The notes beneath the pieces were generated by a model that worked only from the letters and a program-made list of their open reading frames with translations, ran no database searches and had not been told where the DNA came from. A stretch of DNA of 64,000 nucleotides from an uncultured Chloroflexia bacterium (GTDB lineage Bacteria; Chloroflexota; Limnocylindria; Limnocylindrales; CSP1-4): assembly GCA_963768655.1 (NCBI GenBank), contig CAVYIM010000005.1, positions 320,001 to 384,000 of the forward strand. Reading direction: 5' to 3'. The position numbers and the translations under genes are program-made. This document shows, piece by piece, positions 40,894 to 51,058 of the stretch. Each line of letters starts with the position of its first letter. Position 1 is the first letter of the stretch.

Positions 40894-41892
40894 GTGGACG
40901 TGAAGGCCGGCGTCGAACAGGCCACTGGGTCCGAGCAGGGCCTGGGTCAGAGCTTGCTGCCGCTCGAGCCCCAATACCGCGAACGGGTCTGGGGCGGGCA
41001 GCGCCTGCGCGCCTCCGATCCGCCCATCGGCGAGGCCTGGGTCGCCTTCGGGGAGAGCGTCGTGGCGACGGGGCCGCTGGCGGGGCGCAAGCTGGCCGAC
41101 CTGGCCGCGGAGAGCGGCCCGGCGCTGCTTGGTTCGTCTGTCTACGGCCGCTACGGCCGGCGCTTCCCCCTTCTGGCCAAGCTCCTCGACTGCGCCGACT
41201 GGTTGTCGGTCCAGGTCCATCCCAACGACGAGCAGGCCAGGCGAATGGTCGGTCCGGGGGAGTTCGGCAAGACCGAAGCCTGGTTCTTCCTCGAGGCAGA
41301 GCAAGACGCCCGAATCCTGCTCGGAGTCAGACCCGGGACGGCGACGGCCGAGCTTGTGGCCGCGATTCGCGGGGGGCGAGTCGCCGAAGTCGCCGCCACG
41401 GTGCCGGTCCGCGGCGGCCAGGCCGTTCTCATTCCCGCCGGAACGTTGCACGCCCTGGGCCCCGGGCTGCTCCTGTACGAGCTCCAGCAGGAGAGCGACA
41501 CCACTTATCGCGCCTACGACTGGGGCCGGCCGCAGTCGACCGGGCGCAGGCTGCACATCGAGGAATCCGTCCAGGTAACGACGACCGACGAACCGGGCGT
41601 GCCAGCTTCACCTGTCGTCGCAGGACCCACCGGAGTCGCCGACGCCGTCGACTGCCCCTACTTCGATCTGGACCTGGCCCGCGTCGGAGCCGATCCCATG
41701 CCCCTGGACACCAGTGGGCGCAGCTTCCACATCCTGACCGCGACGGAGGGGGCGGTCGAGGTCGAGGCCGGAGCCGAGCTAGTCCGGCTGGCGCGGTTCG
41801 AGACGGCGGTCGTGGCCGGCGGGACCGGCGCCTATCGCGTTCGCGCCGCCGGCGGCTCGGCCGCGCTGCTGAGGGCGTCGGTCCCAGACTGA
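40894..41892 (+). CDS. manA: Type I mannose-6-phosphate isomerase
   Basis: [32 protein letters not shown]. Confidence 0.9.
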   Translation: MDVKAGVEQATGSEQGLGQSLLPLEPQYRERVWGGQRLRASDPPIGEAWVAFGESVVATGPLAGRKLADLAAESGPALLGSSVYGRYGRRFPLLAKLLDCADWLSVQVHPNDEQARRMVGPGEFGKTEAWFFLEAEQDARILLGVRPGTATAELVAAIRGGRVAEVAATVPVRGGQAVLIPAGTLHALGPGLLLYELQQESDTTYRAYDWGRPQSTGRRLHIEESVQVTTTDEPGVPASPVVAGPTGVADAVDCPYFDLDLARVGADPMPLDTSGRSFHILTATEGAVEVEAGAELVRLARFETAVVAGGTGAYRVRAAGGSAALLRASVPD

Positions 41893-42002
41893 CCCGAAAG
41901 CCGGCCTCTCTGCGCGGCGGCCCGCGCTGCGTGCCGGCCCGATCCGTCGCATCATGGAACGACCACGATCCGTTCTCGCCACAACTACCGCCGGAGGCCA
42001 CG

Positions 42003-42890
42003 ATGCAGGTCGGGCTGCTGATTCCGCAGGGCTGGAAGTACGAGTACAACGGCTGGGACCCGGCCGTGGCCTGGGCCCGGACTCTCGAGCTGGCCCGCCA
42101 GGCCGAGGAGTTGGGGTTCGAATCGGAGTGGGTCTTCGACCACTTCCACACCACGCCGGACCCTCTCGACGAGATCACGTTCGAGTCGTTCACCACGCTC
42201 ACCGCGCTGGCGATGGTGACGTCGCGTGTCCGTCTCGGCCACATGGTGATCTGCAACGGGTTCCGCAACCCAGCGCTCGTGGCCAAGCTGGCCTCCACCC
42301 TCGACGTGGTCAGCGCCGGCCGTTTCGAAGTCGGAATCGGCGGCGGCTGGAAGGAAGACGAGTGGCTGGCCTACGGCTACGGCTTCCCACCGATCGGCGA
42401 TCGCCTCGGCTCCCTCCGCGACGGGCTCGAGATCATCACTCGCATGCTCGCCCCCGGCCACGCCACCTTCGAGGGCAAGTACACGAGCGTCAAGGACGCG
42501 ATCAACGTCCCCAAGGGCATCCAGAAGCCGCGGCCGCCGATCGTGGTCGGTGGCAACGGCACCGAGGTGACCTTCCGCCTTGCGGCCCGCTTCGCCGACG
42601 AACTGAACCTGGTCTTCATCGGGACCGAGAAGGCGGCCGAGCTGATGAAGTTGGCGCGTCAGCGGTGCGAGGAGATCGGGCGCGACCCGGCCACGCTCCG
42701 TATCTCGCTCTACTGCGCCGACGAAGACTCGAGGATGCCCGGCCAGGAGCGTGTCGACTTCATCGGCCGATGTGCCCAGATCGGACTGGATCGCCTCGTC
42801 GCCTTCCCGACCATGCGGCGACCTACGCTGGAGGCGCAGGCGTCCTACGCGGCGGACTGCCGGGCCGCGGGCGTCACGCTGGCGGGCTAG
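42003..42890 (+). CDS. LLM-class F420-dependent oxidoreductase
   Basis: WVFDHFH, RNPALVAK, GIGGGW, VGGNG; RBS GGAGG. Confidence 0.9.
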   Translation: MQVGLLIPQGWKYEYNGWDPAVAWARTLELARQAEELGFESEWVFDHFHTTPDPLDEITFESFTTLTALAMVTSRVRLGHMVICNGFRNPALVAKLASTLDVVSAGRFEVGIGGGWKEDEWLAYGYGFPPIGDRLGSLRDGLEIITRMLAPGHATFEGKYTSVKDAINVPKGIQKPRPPIVVGGNGTEVTFRLAARFADELNLVFIGTEKAAELMKLARQRCEEIGRDPATLRISLYCADEDSRMPGQERVDFIGRCAQIGLDRLVAFPTMRRPTLEAQASYAADCRAAGVTLAG

Positions 42891-43894
42891 CGCCGACCGG
42901 TGCGAAGCGGTCCGGATCCGGCGCCCGTTCTCGCGACCGCGGCCGCGATCTCTTCGATCTCCCCGGCCGACAGGACGAGCGACCCGCCCGGGAGCCAGCC
43001 ATCGACCTGCTCCGGGCTGCGTGCGCCGACGATCGCGCCTGAGACGCCCGGCCAGCCCAGCACCCAGGCGAGGGCGACCGCCGAAACGGAGGTCGCCCGG
43101 CGATCGGCGATCAGCCTCAGGGCGTCGCGCAGGGCGATGTTGCGGGACAGCGCCGGCTCGTTGAAGTTGGGCGCCGTGCGCCGCCAGTCGTCCTCGGCCA
43201 TGGCGGCCACGCGCGACCGAGAGAACGAGTCGGTGAGAATCCCCGACGCCATCGGGCTGTAGACGATCACGCCGGTCCCGTGAGCGGCGGCCCACGGGAT
43301 CACGTCGGAGGCCGAGCCGCGCGCGATCAGCGAGAACGGCGGCTGCAGCGATTCGACGTGGCGGACGCGCTCGCAGCGCGCCAGCAGGTCGACGCCGTAG
43401 TTGCTCACACCGATGGCCCGAACCTTGCCTTCGTCCACGAAACGGCTCATCTCGCCCCAAGACTCTTCGACGGGGACACCGTATTCGTCCGGCCAGTGGA
43501 TCTGGAACAGGTCGATGCGCTCGACGCCGAGGCGCCGGAGCGAGGCTTCGCAGTCACGCCGGAGCGAGGCCGGCGCCGAGATCCGCTTCGCCGGGGTGCG
43601 GGGATTCTGGGGATCCCAGACCAGGGCGCACTTGGTGAACACCAGGGGCCGGGCCGAGGCGGGAATACGCGCCAGGGCTCGACCGACGACTTCCTCGGAG
43701 TGGCCGAGGCCGTATACCCCTGCCGTGTCCACCCAATTCACACCCTTGCCGACGGCGTGGACTATCGCCGCAATCGAGTCGTCGTCGTCCTGCGGGCCCC
43801 AGCCGAAGGCCCAGCCCCCGCCGCCGACCGCCCACGCGCCGAAGCCGACCGTTGTGATCTCAATGCCGCTGGTCCCAAGCTTTCGGACGTTCAT
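42887..43894 (-). CDS. Aldo/keto reductase
   Basis: GFGAWAVGG, DTAGVYG, IDLFQIHWP, IGVSN, YSPMASG. Confidence 0.93.
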   Translation of the reverse strand: MNVRKLGTSGIEITTVGFGAWAVGGGGWAFGWGPQDDDDSIAAIVHAVGKGVNWVDTAGVYGLGHSEEVVGRALARIPASARPLVFTKCALVWDPQNPRTPAKRISAPASLRRDCEASLRRLGVERIDLFQIHWPDEYGVPVEESWGEMSRFVDEGKVRAIGVSNYGVDLLARCERVRHVESLQPPFSLIARGSASDVIPWAAAHGTGVIVYSPMASGILTDSFSRSRVAAMAEDDWRRTAPNFNEPALSRNIALRDALRLIADRRATSVSAVALAWVLGWPGVSGAIVGARSPEQVDGWLPGGSLVLSAGEIEEIAAAVARTGAGSGPLRTGRR

Positions 43895-44002
43895 GTCCTC
43901 TCTCCTTCGGTGGCGGACGGTGGCCCAACGCGACGTCTCCGCTCATTGTGCCGCGTCGGCGCCGGGAGACGGCATCCGCATGCCTCGCGTACCCTCTTGT
44001 AG

Positions 44003-44533
44003 ATGAGCAATCGCAGAAGCGCCGGCATCCTGCTGTACCGCCTCCGTGCGGGACGCGTCGAAGTTCTGCTCGCCCATCCGGGCGGCCCGTTCTTCGGCCG
44101 TGCGGACGCCGGCAACTGGTCCATCCCCAAGGGCGAGCCGGGCCCGGACGAACTCGACATGGAGGTCACGGCCAGGCGCGAGTTCGAGGAGGAAACCGGC
44201 CATCGGGTTCCCGCCGGGCCCCTGGTCGATCTCGGCACCGTGAAGCAGAAGGGCGGCAAGGTCGTCTATGCCTGGGCAACAGAAGGCGACCTCGACCCGG
44301 CGACGGCGACGAGCAACACCTTCTCGTTCGAGTGGCCGCCGTTCTCGGGCCGGACGAAGACCTACCCCGAGATCGATCGCGTCGAATGGTTCGCGCCGCA
44401 GGAAGCCCGTCTCCGGATCAAGGCGGCTCAGGTACCTCTGCTTGACCGGCTCGAGGCCGCCCTGGCGGCGCCCGGCGAGCGGGGCGGTCCGGGCGACCTC
44501 GGAACCCCCGGCGACGGCACCGCGGCCCGATGA
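44003..44533 (+). CDS. NUDIX hydrolase
   Basis: HPGGP, WSIPKGE, ARREFEEETG. Confidence 0.9.
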   Translation: MSNRRSAGILLYRLRAGRVEVLLAHPGGPFFGRADAGNWSIPKGEPGPDELDMEVTARREFEEETGHRVPAGPLVDLGTVKQKGGKVVYAWATEGDLDPATATSNTFSFEWPPFSGRTKTYPEIDRVEWFAPQEARLRIKAAQVPLLDRLEAALAAPGERGGPGDLGTPGDGTAAR

Positions 44534-45333
44534 CGCAAGCCGACGGAGCAGTCGTCGATCTGCGCGGCGTCTCGGTCATTCGATCGGGGACGCTGCTGCT
44601 CGACGGCGTCGACTGGCGGATCGGGCCCGGTGAGCGCTGGGTCCTGCTCGGCCCCAACGGTAGCGGCAAGACGACCCTCATGGCCGTAGCCTCCACCTAC
44701 CTGTGGCCCTCCCGTGGCGAAGTGGCGGTTCTGGGTCGGGCCGTCGGCACGGTCGACATACGCGAGTTGCGCAGAAGCATCGGCATCGTCAGCGCCGCCC
44801 TGGAGGCCCGCATCCCGGGCCAGATCAGTGCCCTGGAGGTCGTCCTGGCCGGCGCCACCGGAGCCATCGCGCCGTGGTGGGAGCGCCACGGAGCGCGCGT
44901 CCGAGGCAAGGCCCGCGAGATGCTGGAGCTGGTCGAATGTTCGGCCCTGAGCGAGCGGCGCTTCGAGCTGCTGTCCTCCGGCGAGAAGCAGCGCATCCAG
45001 ATCGCCCGCGCGCTGATGCCCGATCCCTCACTCCTGCTCCTCGACGAGCCGGCTGCCGGGCTCGATCTGGGCGCTCGCGAACAGCTCGCCCTGTTGCTGT
45101 CAGCGCTGAACGAGGATCCACGTCTGGCGGCGATCGTCGTGGTCACGCACCACGTCGAGGAGATCGCGCCCGGGACGACTCACGCGCTGGTCCTGCGAGG
45201 CGGGAGGGTCGTCGCCTCCGGCGCTGCCGGCGACACCGTGACCGGCCCCGTGCTGTCGGACGCGTTCGGCTTGCCGCTGGTCCTGCACCGGGTCGGCCAG
45301 CGGTTCACAGCGAGAGCCGCCTCGGCCTCCTAG
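44530..45333 (+). CDS. ABC transporter ATP-binding protein (ModF/YlmA-like)
   Basis: GPNGSGKT, LSSGE, LLLDEP, VTHHVEEI. Confidence 0.92.
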   Translation: MTQADGAVVDLRGVSVIRSGTLLLDGVDWRIGPGERWVLLGPNGSGKTTLMAVASTYLWPSRGEVAVLGRAVGTVDIRELRRSIGIVSAALEARIPGQISALEVVLAGATGAIAPWWERHGARVRGKAREMLELVECSALSERRFELLSSGEKQRIQIARALMPDPSLLLLDEPAAGLDLGAREQLALLLSALNEDPRLAAIVVVTHHVEEIAPGTTHALVLRGGRVVASGAAGDTVTGPVLSDAFGLPLVLHRVGQRFTARAASAS

Positions 45334-45405
45334 GGCGCGCAGCCGGCGAGCTCGCGGCGAAGCAACAGCCCCGCCGGACCGCGGCCCGCGACCGCCACGA
45401 CCGGC

Positions 45406-46059
45406 CTATGGCCGCAGCCAGTCGATGCTGGGCCACTCCTCCTCCGGGATGGCTTCGGGGGCGACCGAGATGCGGGGCTCGTGCGCCGACGACGCAAGAG
45501 GCGCGTCGGGCGCGGCGGGCATTACGGCAGAGGCGGCGGCCACACCCTGAGTCCGGGCCCGCACCGACGCGGCGAGACGGAGCCGGCGCCGCCTCGGGGA
45601 GCCTCCGATCGCGCGGACGGCCTTGTGGACGGCCGCCTCGCGGGCGATGGCGCGAGTCTGTCGCGACGCCCCGGTCCCGCGCCCCGGGACGTCGATCGGT
45701 CCGGGCGCCACCTCGATGGCGACCCGGCCATGGCCTCTCTGCAACGGCATCGCGACCGTCTCGACCGGCCCGTTTTCGGGCGCCCCCTCTGTCGTCGAGG
45801 CGGTCGACGGCGCCGCGTCGCGAGCTCCGGGGATCGTCATGACCCGCAGGGAATCGAGGCGGCTGACGAGTTTGAGCGCCTCCTCGACCTCGCCGGCTCG
45901 GACGTCTCCCTCTGCCACCGCCTGATTCATGCGGAGCCGCCGTTCCTCCGGATCAAGATCGATCAGATCATCCAGGACCTTCTGGCGCCGCGCCTCGCGC
46001 GCAGCCCGATTCCAAAACACTTGTTTGCTCCTGCCGCTGGCGTTGGGACGAACGGCCAA
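45406..46059 (-). CDS. Hypothetical protein (helical N-terminus, disordered C-terminus)
   Basis: Plausible codon usage in the N-terminal half; start uncertain. Confidence 0.5.
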   Translation of the reverse strand: MAVRPNASGRSKQVFWNRAAREARRQKVLDDLIDLDPEERRLRMNQAVAEGDVRAGEVEEALKLVSRLDSLRVMTIPGARDAAPSTASTTEGAPENGPVETVAMPLQRGHGRVAIEVAPGPIDVPGRGTGASRQTRAIAREAAVHKAVRAIGGSPRRRRLRLAASVRARTQGVAAASAVMPAAPDAPLASSAHEPRISVAPEAIPEEEWPSIDWLRP

Positions 46060-46417
46060 CCGAGAAGGGGAACCGACCTCTGGCAGTCACCAGCGGCGGT
46101 CGAGAATGGAGCGGCTGGATCTACCCGACCAGCCTCCCACGAGGCTGCCACACCGCCCCCCGCCGGACAACGGCTCCGCCCGATTGACGCACCAGCCGGC
46201 ACAAACGGAAAAGTTCTCCGAGTCGCTGGATCAGGCTCAACCAGAGGGAGGCGGCCGGCGGCACCGCCGCTGGCGGCGCCGTCGTCGGACCGCTGACCGT
46301 GCCAGAGATGCTGGCATGCGGGTCCGCCGGCAGCCGCCCCGGCTCGAGCTATCCAGCGGGCACGGGCGGAAAGATACGAGGCGATGGAACGCGTGTTAGC
46401 AAATCTAGAGCATTGCG

Positions 46418-46540
46418 TCAGCGGGGGATGATCGTCGGTCCTCCATCCGCCAGAACGGTCGCTACCGGAAGCAATGCCAGAGCGACTGCCAGGATCCAGG
46501 CCAGAACGAGAGCGCGAAGGCTGAACAAGCGGAGCGACAT
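46418..46540 (-). CDS. Secreted signalling propeptide, 40 aa (MSLRLFSLRALVLAWILAVALALLPVATVLA-DGGPTIIPR)
   Basis: Strong RBS GAAAGGAG; basic n-region, hydrophobic h-region, VLA cleavage site, 9-aa polar tail; absent from the ORF track. Confidence 0.8.
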   Translation of the reverse strand: MSLRLFSLRALVLAWILAVALALLPVATVLADGGPTIIPR

Positions 46541-46610
46541 TGGGCGACTCCTTTCGGGAGGTTGGTCGCCCGCCTGGAACCCGGCCGGCGCGGCTCCGTC
46601 GGCGCCCCGA

Positions 46611-46640
46611 ATCGTACGGAAGGTCCGCCTGCGCGGTCAA
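46611..46640 (-). promoter_or_regulatory. Putative sigma70 promoter of the propeptide gene
   Basis: TTGACC-N18-TACGAT on the minus strand. Confidence 0.55.
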
Positions 46641-46679
46641 GTGCTACTGAACCTGTAGGCATCCAGGCACCGGCGCCTG

Positions 46680-46708
46680 TTCAAACTGCCTCACAAAGGT
46701 CGTAAACT
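46680..46708 (+). promoter_or_regulatory. Putative promoter of the HTH-TPR regulator (leaderless mRNA)
   Basis: TTCAAA-N17-TAAACT, 6 nt before ATG 46715; no SD sequence. Confidence 0.45.
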
Positions 46709-46714
46709 GTGTCC

Positions 46715-48010
46715 ATGCCTAGAGTCAGCGCCACCCGTCCCAGAGTCGACGATTCCCCACTGGCCAGGAAGATCGGCGAGCGGCTGCGGAAGGCGCGGCT
46801 CGCCGCCGGATTGACCCAGACCCAGCTGGCCGAGCCTCGCTATACCAAAGCCTACGTAAGCGCCCTCGAGAATGGCCTGAGCCGTCCGTCGATGGCGGCC
46901 CTGAACCACTTCGCCGGACGACTGGGGATACCGGCCAGTCAGCTCATCAACGACGAGCCGGCGGCGTGGGCCCGGCTGGAAGCCGACCTCCTCCTGGCCT
47001 GCAGCCGCTGGGATGAGGCGATAGCGGCGTATTCAAACCTTCTGGAGGCCCCCCAGCCCTCGGGCGCGCGGGCAGAGCTTCTGCGCGCTCTGAGCGAGGC
47101 CATGATCCGCAAGGGCCAGGCCGGAGATGCCATCGCGCGCGCGACTGAGTCCGCGGAGTTGTTCCGGGGCGCCCGTCGCGATGCCGACGCCGCCATGGCC
47201 GAGTACTGGGTTGCCGCGGCGCACTACATGCTGGAGAACACGACCGAGGCGAAAGCGATCCTGAACGCGATCCTGGCTCGAGTGAGAAGTGGCCTCAGGG
47301 TCGAGCCGGATTTTCAGGCCCGCATCCTGATGTCACTCTCATCCAACGAGTCGCTCGACGGCAACCACAAGGCGGCTCTGGCATATCTGGAGGAGGTTCG
47401 CGGCCTGGACGCCGATCTGGACGACCGCCGTCGCGCCGCCTACATGTTCGATCTGGCCTACAGCTACCGGGAGACCGGCGACTTCGAAGCAGCGGTTCGG
47501 ACGGGGATCATCAGCCTGGAGCTCTACCGGCGGGCGGAGGCCGAGCGCGAAACCGGGGCGCTCGAGAACGACCTGTCGATGTCGTACCTGGCTCTCGGCA
47601 ACTCAACCAGGGCAGCCGAGATGGCGGCGTCGGCTCGGGCGCGGTTCGAGCGGCTGGACGACAAGTGGTGGCTGGCCTTCGTACTCGACAGTCAGGCCCG
47701 GATCGCACTTGCGCGGGGCTCCGCCGACGAGGCCGCCCAATACGCCGGGCAGGCTCTGGAGCTTGCGCGATTCAACAAGAACGCGAAGGCCTCCGTCGAT
47801 GCCCTCCTGACCCTCGCCCGAGCCCGCACCGCGCTGGGCGACGGGGCGGGCTGTCTCGCCGCCAACGAGCAAGCCGCCGAGCTGGCCCGGCTGGCGGGCA
47901 GTCCGTCACTCGTCCGCAAGTCGCTGCGCGATCTGGCCGACGCGCTGGCGGCTTCCGGCGATCACGAACGCGCCTTTGCCCTGATGCGCGAGGCGCTGAC
48001 GGCGTCCTGA
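46715..48010 (+). CDS. XRE-HTH + TPR transcriptional regulator (RRNPP-like peptide receptor)
   Basis: IGERLRKARLAAGLTQTQLA...YVSALENG..RPS HTH followed by ~350 aa of TPR-like helical repeats. Confidence 0.85.
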   Translation: MPRVSATRPRVDDSPLARKIGERLRKARLAAGLTQTQLAEPRYTKAYVSALENGLSRPSMAALNHFAGRLGIPASQLINDEPAAWARLEADLLLACSRWDEAIAAYSNLLEAPQPSGARAELLRALSEAMIRKGQAGDAIARATESAELFRGARRDADAAMAEYWVAAAHYMLENTTEAKAILNAILARVRSGLRVEPDFQARILMSLSSNESLDGNHKAALAYLEEVRGLDADLDDRRRAAYMFDLAYSYRETGDFEAAVRTGIISLELYRRAEAERETGALENDLSMSYLALGNSTRAAEMAASARARFERLDDKWWLAFVLDSQARIALARGSADEAAQYAGQALELARFNKNAKASVDALLTLARARTALGDGAGCLAANEQAAELARLAGSPSLVRKSLRDLADALAASGDHERAFALMREALTAS

Positions 48011-48192
48011 GCTAGGTCGCGGACGGCCGCATCCCGGGGCACCAGGTCGGTGCCGGTCGTCACCACTTCCTCCAGGCGGAGTTGCCCGGCCGCGCTCGGC
48101 CGCGAGCTAGTGGCGCTCTGTGGCGTGTGATCGGCGTGAGAACCGCGCGAGGCGTGGTACACTCCCATTGGACTCGCACTCGACGGGGGACC

Positions 48193-48486
48193 ATGACTGT
48201 TCCGACCCAGACCATCGCCATCCGCGCCGTTCGCAAACTGGCGCCGGTTCCCTGGTGCCATGACGGCTGTAGTGGTCTCGCAATTCGAGCGCGGGCCGAT
48301 GTGCCGTCTTTCGATGATTCGATGATCCGAGGTGGCATCATCCGCGGCGCCGTCTCGTGCGAGCGGCTCACCGTCCTCGATCGGGCCATCAATCGTGAAC
48401 TCTGGCCGCTCGGCTACGTCGCCCATCTCGAACGCGGCGTCGCCGACGGTGGCGTGGTCGTGGTGGAGATCGCGGCCGGACGCTGA
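48193..48486 (+). CDS. Small hypothetical protein
   Basis: RBS GGGGGA; extended -10-like TGGTACACT upstream. Confidence 0.55.
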   Translation: MTVPTQTIAIRAVRKLAPVPWCHDGCSGLAIRARADVPSFDDSMIRGGIIRGAVSCERLTVLDRAINRELWPLGYVAHLERGVADGGVVVVEIAAGR

Positions 48487-48662
48487 CACGGCATCGGGCC
48501 GACGCATCCTTGGGGGGAACGCCTCGGCCCGATGTCCCGATTGCTGCCTGTCGGCGTCTCCACTCGGCGATCGCAAGCCGGGCACGCACAGATAGTCGCG
48601 CAAATCCCCCACTCCCGGTTTCTTCCCTGGCACGAACGTCGCCGATGCGGCACGCTGACGCA

Positions 48663-49730
48663 ATGCCGACGCCGACGTCAGAACCTTCGACCGGAGCGAA
48701 CCCCCACGATCCCGGGGCGGATGCGTCCGGCGAACGAGCCGTCGCGGTGGCCCGAGCCGCCGCCGTCCCGATCGTAACCGCCGCCGGAACGACGATCCGC
48801 ATCGGGACGGCCTCGTGGACGGATCCGACCATGACGGCGCCGGGTGTCTTCTATCCGCGCGGCAGCGATTCTGCCGAAGAGCGCCTCGCGTACTACGCCG
48901 AAACCTTCCCGATCGTGGAGATCGATGCCACGTACTACGCCCTGCCGAGTCCGCGCGTGGCCGAGGCCTGGGCGGCGCGCACTCCGCCGGATTTCGTCTT
49001 CGACGCCAAGGCCCACGCGCTCATGACCGGCCAGCCCACCGAGGCGAAGAGACTGCCGAAAGATATCCGCAACGCGCTGCCGCCCGAACTCGCGGCCCGG
49101 CCGCGACTCTATGCCCGCGATCTCCCGCCCGAGCTGCGCAATGAAGTCTGGAACGCGTACCTCGCCGGGCTGCAACCCCTTCGCGCCAGCGGCCAGCTGG
49201 GCTCTGTGTTGCTCCAGTACCCACGCTGGTTCTTCCCCACGAGCGAGAGCCGCGATTTGATCCTAGAAGCCAAGCAGCGGCTGGGGGACGTTCGCTGTGC
49301 CGTTGAGCTGCGCAGCGAGACCTGGTTCAACGACAAGAACCGAGAGCGGACGCTCCACTTCCTGGCGGACAACGCCATTCCCTTCGTGATGGTGGACGGG
49401 CCGCAGGGTCTGCGCAGCAGCGTGCCGCCGATCGTGGCCGTGACCTCGCCGGAGCTGGCGCTCGTACGGTTTCACGGCCGGCGCGCCGAAACCTGGGAGG
49501 CCAGCGGCATTCCGGTCGTAGAGAGGTTCCGCTACCTGTACACCGACGAGGAGCTGGCGGAGTGGGTGCCACGGATCCGCGAAGCGGCCGAGGACGCGCG
49601 CGAGATGCACATCCTGATGAACAACTGCTACGCGAACTACGGCTCGACGAACGCCCGGGAGCTGGCCTCGATGCTCGAGGCAGAGCTGACCGGCGGCGGG
49701 GCAACTGAGGGATCCGGCGCGGGCGGCTGA
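48663..49730 (+). CDS. DUF72 (YecE-like) family protein
   Basis: IGTASW, VEIDATYY, LLQYP, VELRS, VRFHGR, RFRYLY, MNNC. Confidence 0.9.
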   Translation: MPTPTSEPSTGANPHDPGADASGERAVAVARAAAVPIVTAAGTTIRIGTASWTDPTMTAPGVFYPRGSDSAEERLAYYAETFPIVEIDATYYALPSPRVAEAWAARTPPDFVFDAKAHALMTGQPTEAKRLPKDIRNALPPELAARPRLYARDLPPELRNEVWNAYLAGLQPLRASGQLGSVLLQYPRWFFPTSESRDLILEAKQRLGDVRCAVELRSETWFNDKNRERTLHFLADNAIPFVMVDGPQGLRSSVPPIVAVTSPELALVRFHGRRAETWEASGIPVVERFRYLYTDEELAEWVPRIREAAEDAREMHILMNNCYANYGSTNARELASMLEAELTGGGATEGSGAGG

Positions 49731-49750
49731 GAGACTCTCCCTCAGACAAG

Positions 49751-49786
49751 GCAAACGGCCCGGGGAGGGGGGCCCGAGCCGTTTGC
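49751..49786. terminator. Hairpin after the DUF72 gene
   Basis: GCAAACGGC...GCCGTTTGC arms. Confidence 0.45.
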
Positions 49787-50014
49787 GGGAGAGCGCGCCG
49801 TCACTCGCGCCCGTGGAAAGATCGGGACCTATCCTGCGGCTCCGTCGCGGCGTCGGCAGACCGCGCCAGAGCGCGTTCCATCTCATGGATCACGACGCGG
49901 GACGACCCCCAGGTGGCCCGGCAGGTGACCCAACCGGCGTTCATGGCAGCTTCCAGGGGTCGTGAGAGTAATATCCGACCCCCGGACAACCCAGCGAAGG
50001 CACAGCTCACGAGA

Positions 50015-51058
50015 ATGCAGCGCCGTCCACCGCCTCTCCGCGACATCCACGACTCGGGTCCCAGGTCGCCGGAAACAGTCTCCGGCAGAGAGGATGTCGA
50101 TCGCGTCCCGGTCGGACCGGTTCGAACGGACTCGAGCGCGAGGGCCTACGGCGCCATTCTGGGAGATGGCTTCGCCAGCGAGGTCGAACGCGTCGGGGGC
50201 CGCCGGCGCCTTCGTGGCGAGGTCGTGATGCTGGCGGCGGGCCTGGTGTTCCTGGCAGCCGCCCTGATCAAGCCATGGGCGGGCCCCGTGCCCGTCGCGA
50301 CGGCGTCCCCGAGCGCGGCACCGTCTCTTCCGGCCGAGATCGCCGTCGTGCCGGCGCCGACGACGACGCCCACCCCGACGCCGACGCCGAGGGTCTTCCC
50401 GGACATCCCTCCCTACGACTACCGCGGGCCGTACCCGTTCAAGGCCACGCCCTCACCCACCGCTCCTGCGCCCGTCGTCCTCGCCCACCCGCCGAGCAGC
50501 TGGTCCGCGGTCGACTGGAGCGTGTTGAGCACGACCGATCCGCACACCGACTGGGGCTTCGCGACGGCCATGATGGCCAGCGGCGCCGACAACCCCGCCG
50601 GCCCAGGCGCCTTCTCGCCGACGACCAGCTGGGTCGCCCTGGGTTCGCCGCCCATATACTCCGCGGTGCCCCTGGTGCAGGGTCGGAATGTCTACGCCGT
50701 GGCCGTGACCTGGCCGAGCGATCTCGTAGTCAGCCGCGTCACGATCGTCTACCTGGGCGGTCCGGAGCACCCGGTATACCTCCCGCCGGCTGCATTCCTG
50801 CCGGACAGCCAGGTGGCTCCCCTTCCGGCTGCCAGCGTGGCGTCGTCCTCGGCTGCCCCGAAGATGGCAGCCAACTCCGTTCGCTCGGGCGAGTTCCTGA
50901 TCCCCCCTACCAGCGCGTCGTCGACCGTGGCCCCAGGTTCGATCACCGCCGCCTGGCAATCAAGTCCGTGGCCTTGGCCTTATGGCGCCTATGAAATCAG
51001 CGTGACATCTGCGTACGGGACACGGAGGGTCGTGCTCGACCTGCTGCTCACCGACTGA
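50015..51058 (+). CDS. Membrane-anchored Pro-rich exported hypothetical protein
   Basis: Single TM ending in KPW, P/T linker, beta-rich C-terminal domain. Confidence 0.6.
   Translation: MQRRPPPLRDIHDSGPRSPETVSGREDVDRVPVGPVRTDSSARAYGAILGDGFASEVERVGGRRRLRGEVVMLAAGLVFLAAALIKPWAGPVPVATASPSAAPSLPAEIAVVPAPTTTPTPTPTPRVFPDIPPYDYRGPYPFKATPSPTAPAPVVLAHPPSSWSAVDWSVLSTTDPHTDWGFATAMMASGADNPAGPGAFSPTTSWVALGSPPIYSAVPLVQGRNVYAVAVTWPSDLVVSRVTIVYLGGPEHPVYLPPAAFLPDSQVAPLPAASVASSSAAPKMAANSVRSGEFLIPPTSASSTVAPGSITAAWQSSPWPWPYGAYEISVTSAYGTRRVVLDLLLTD

Noticed and set aside
49801-49945. Short minus-strand ORF ending before the hairpin at 49751
   Set aside because: No RBS or recognisable motif; cannot be supported.
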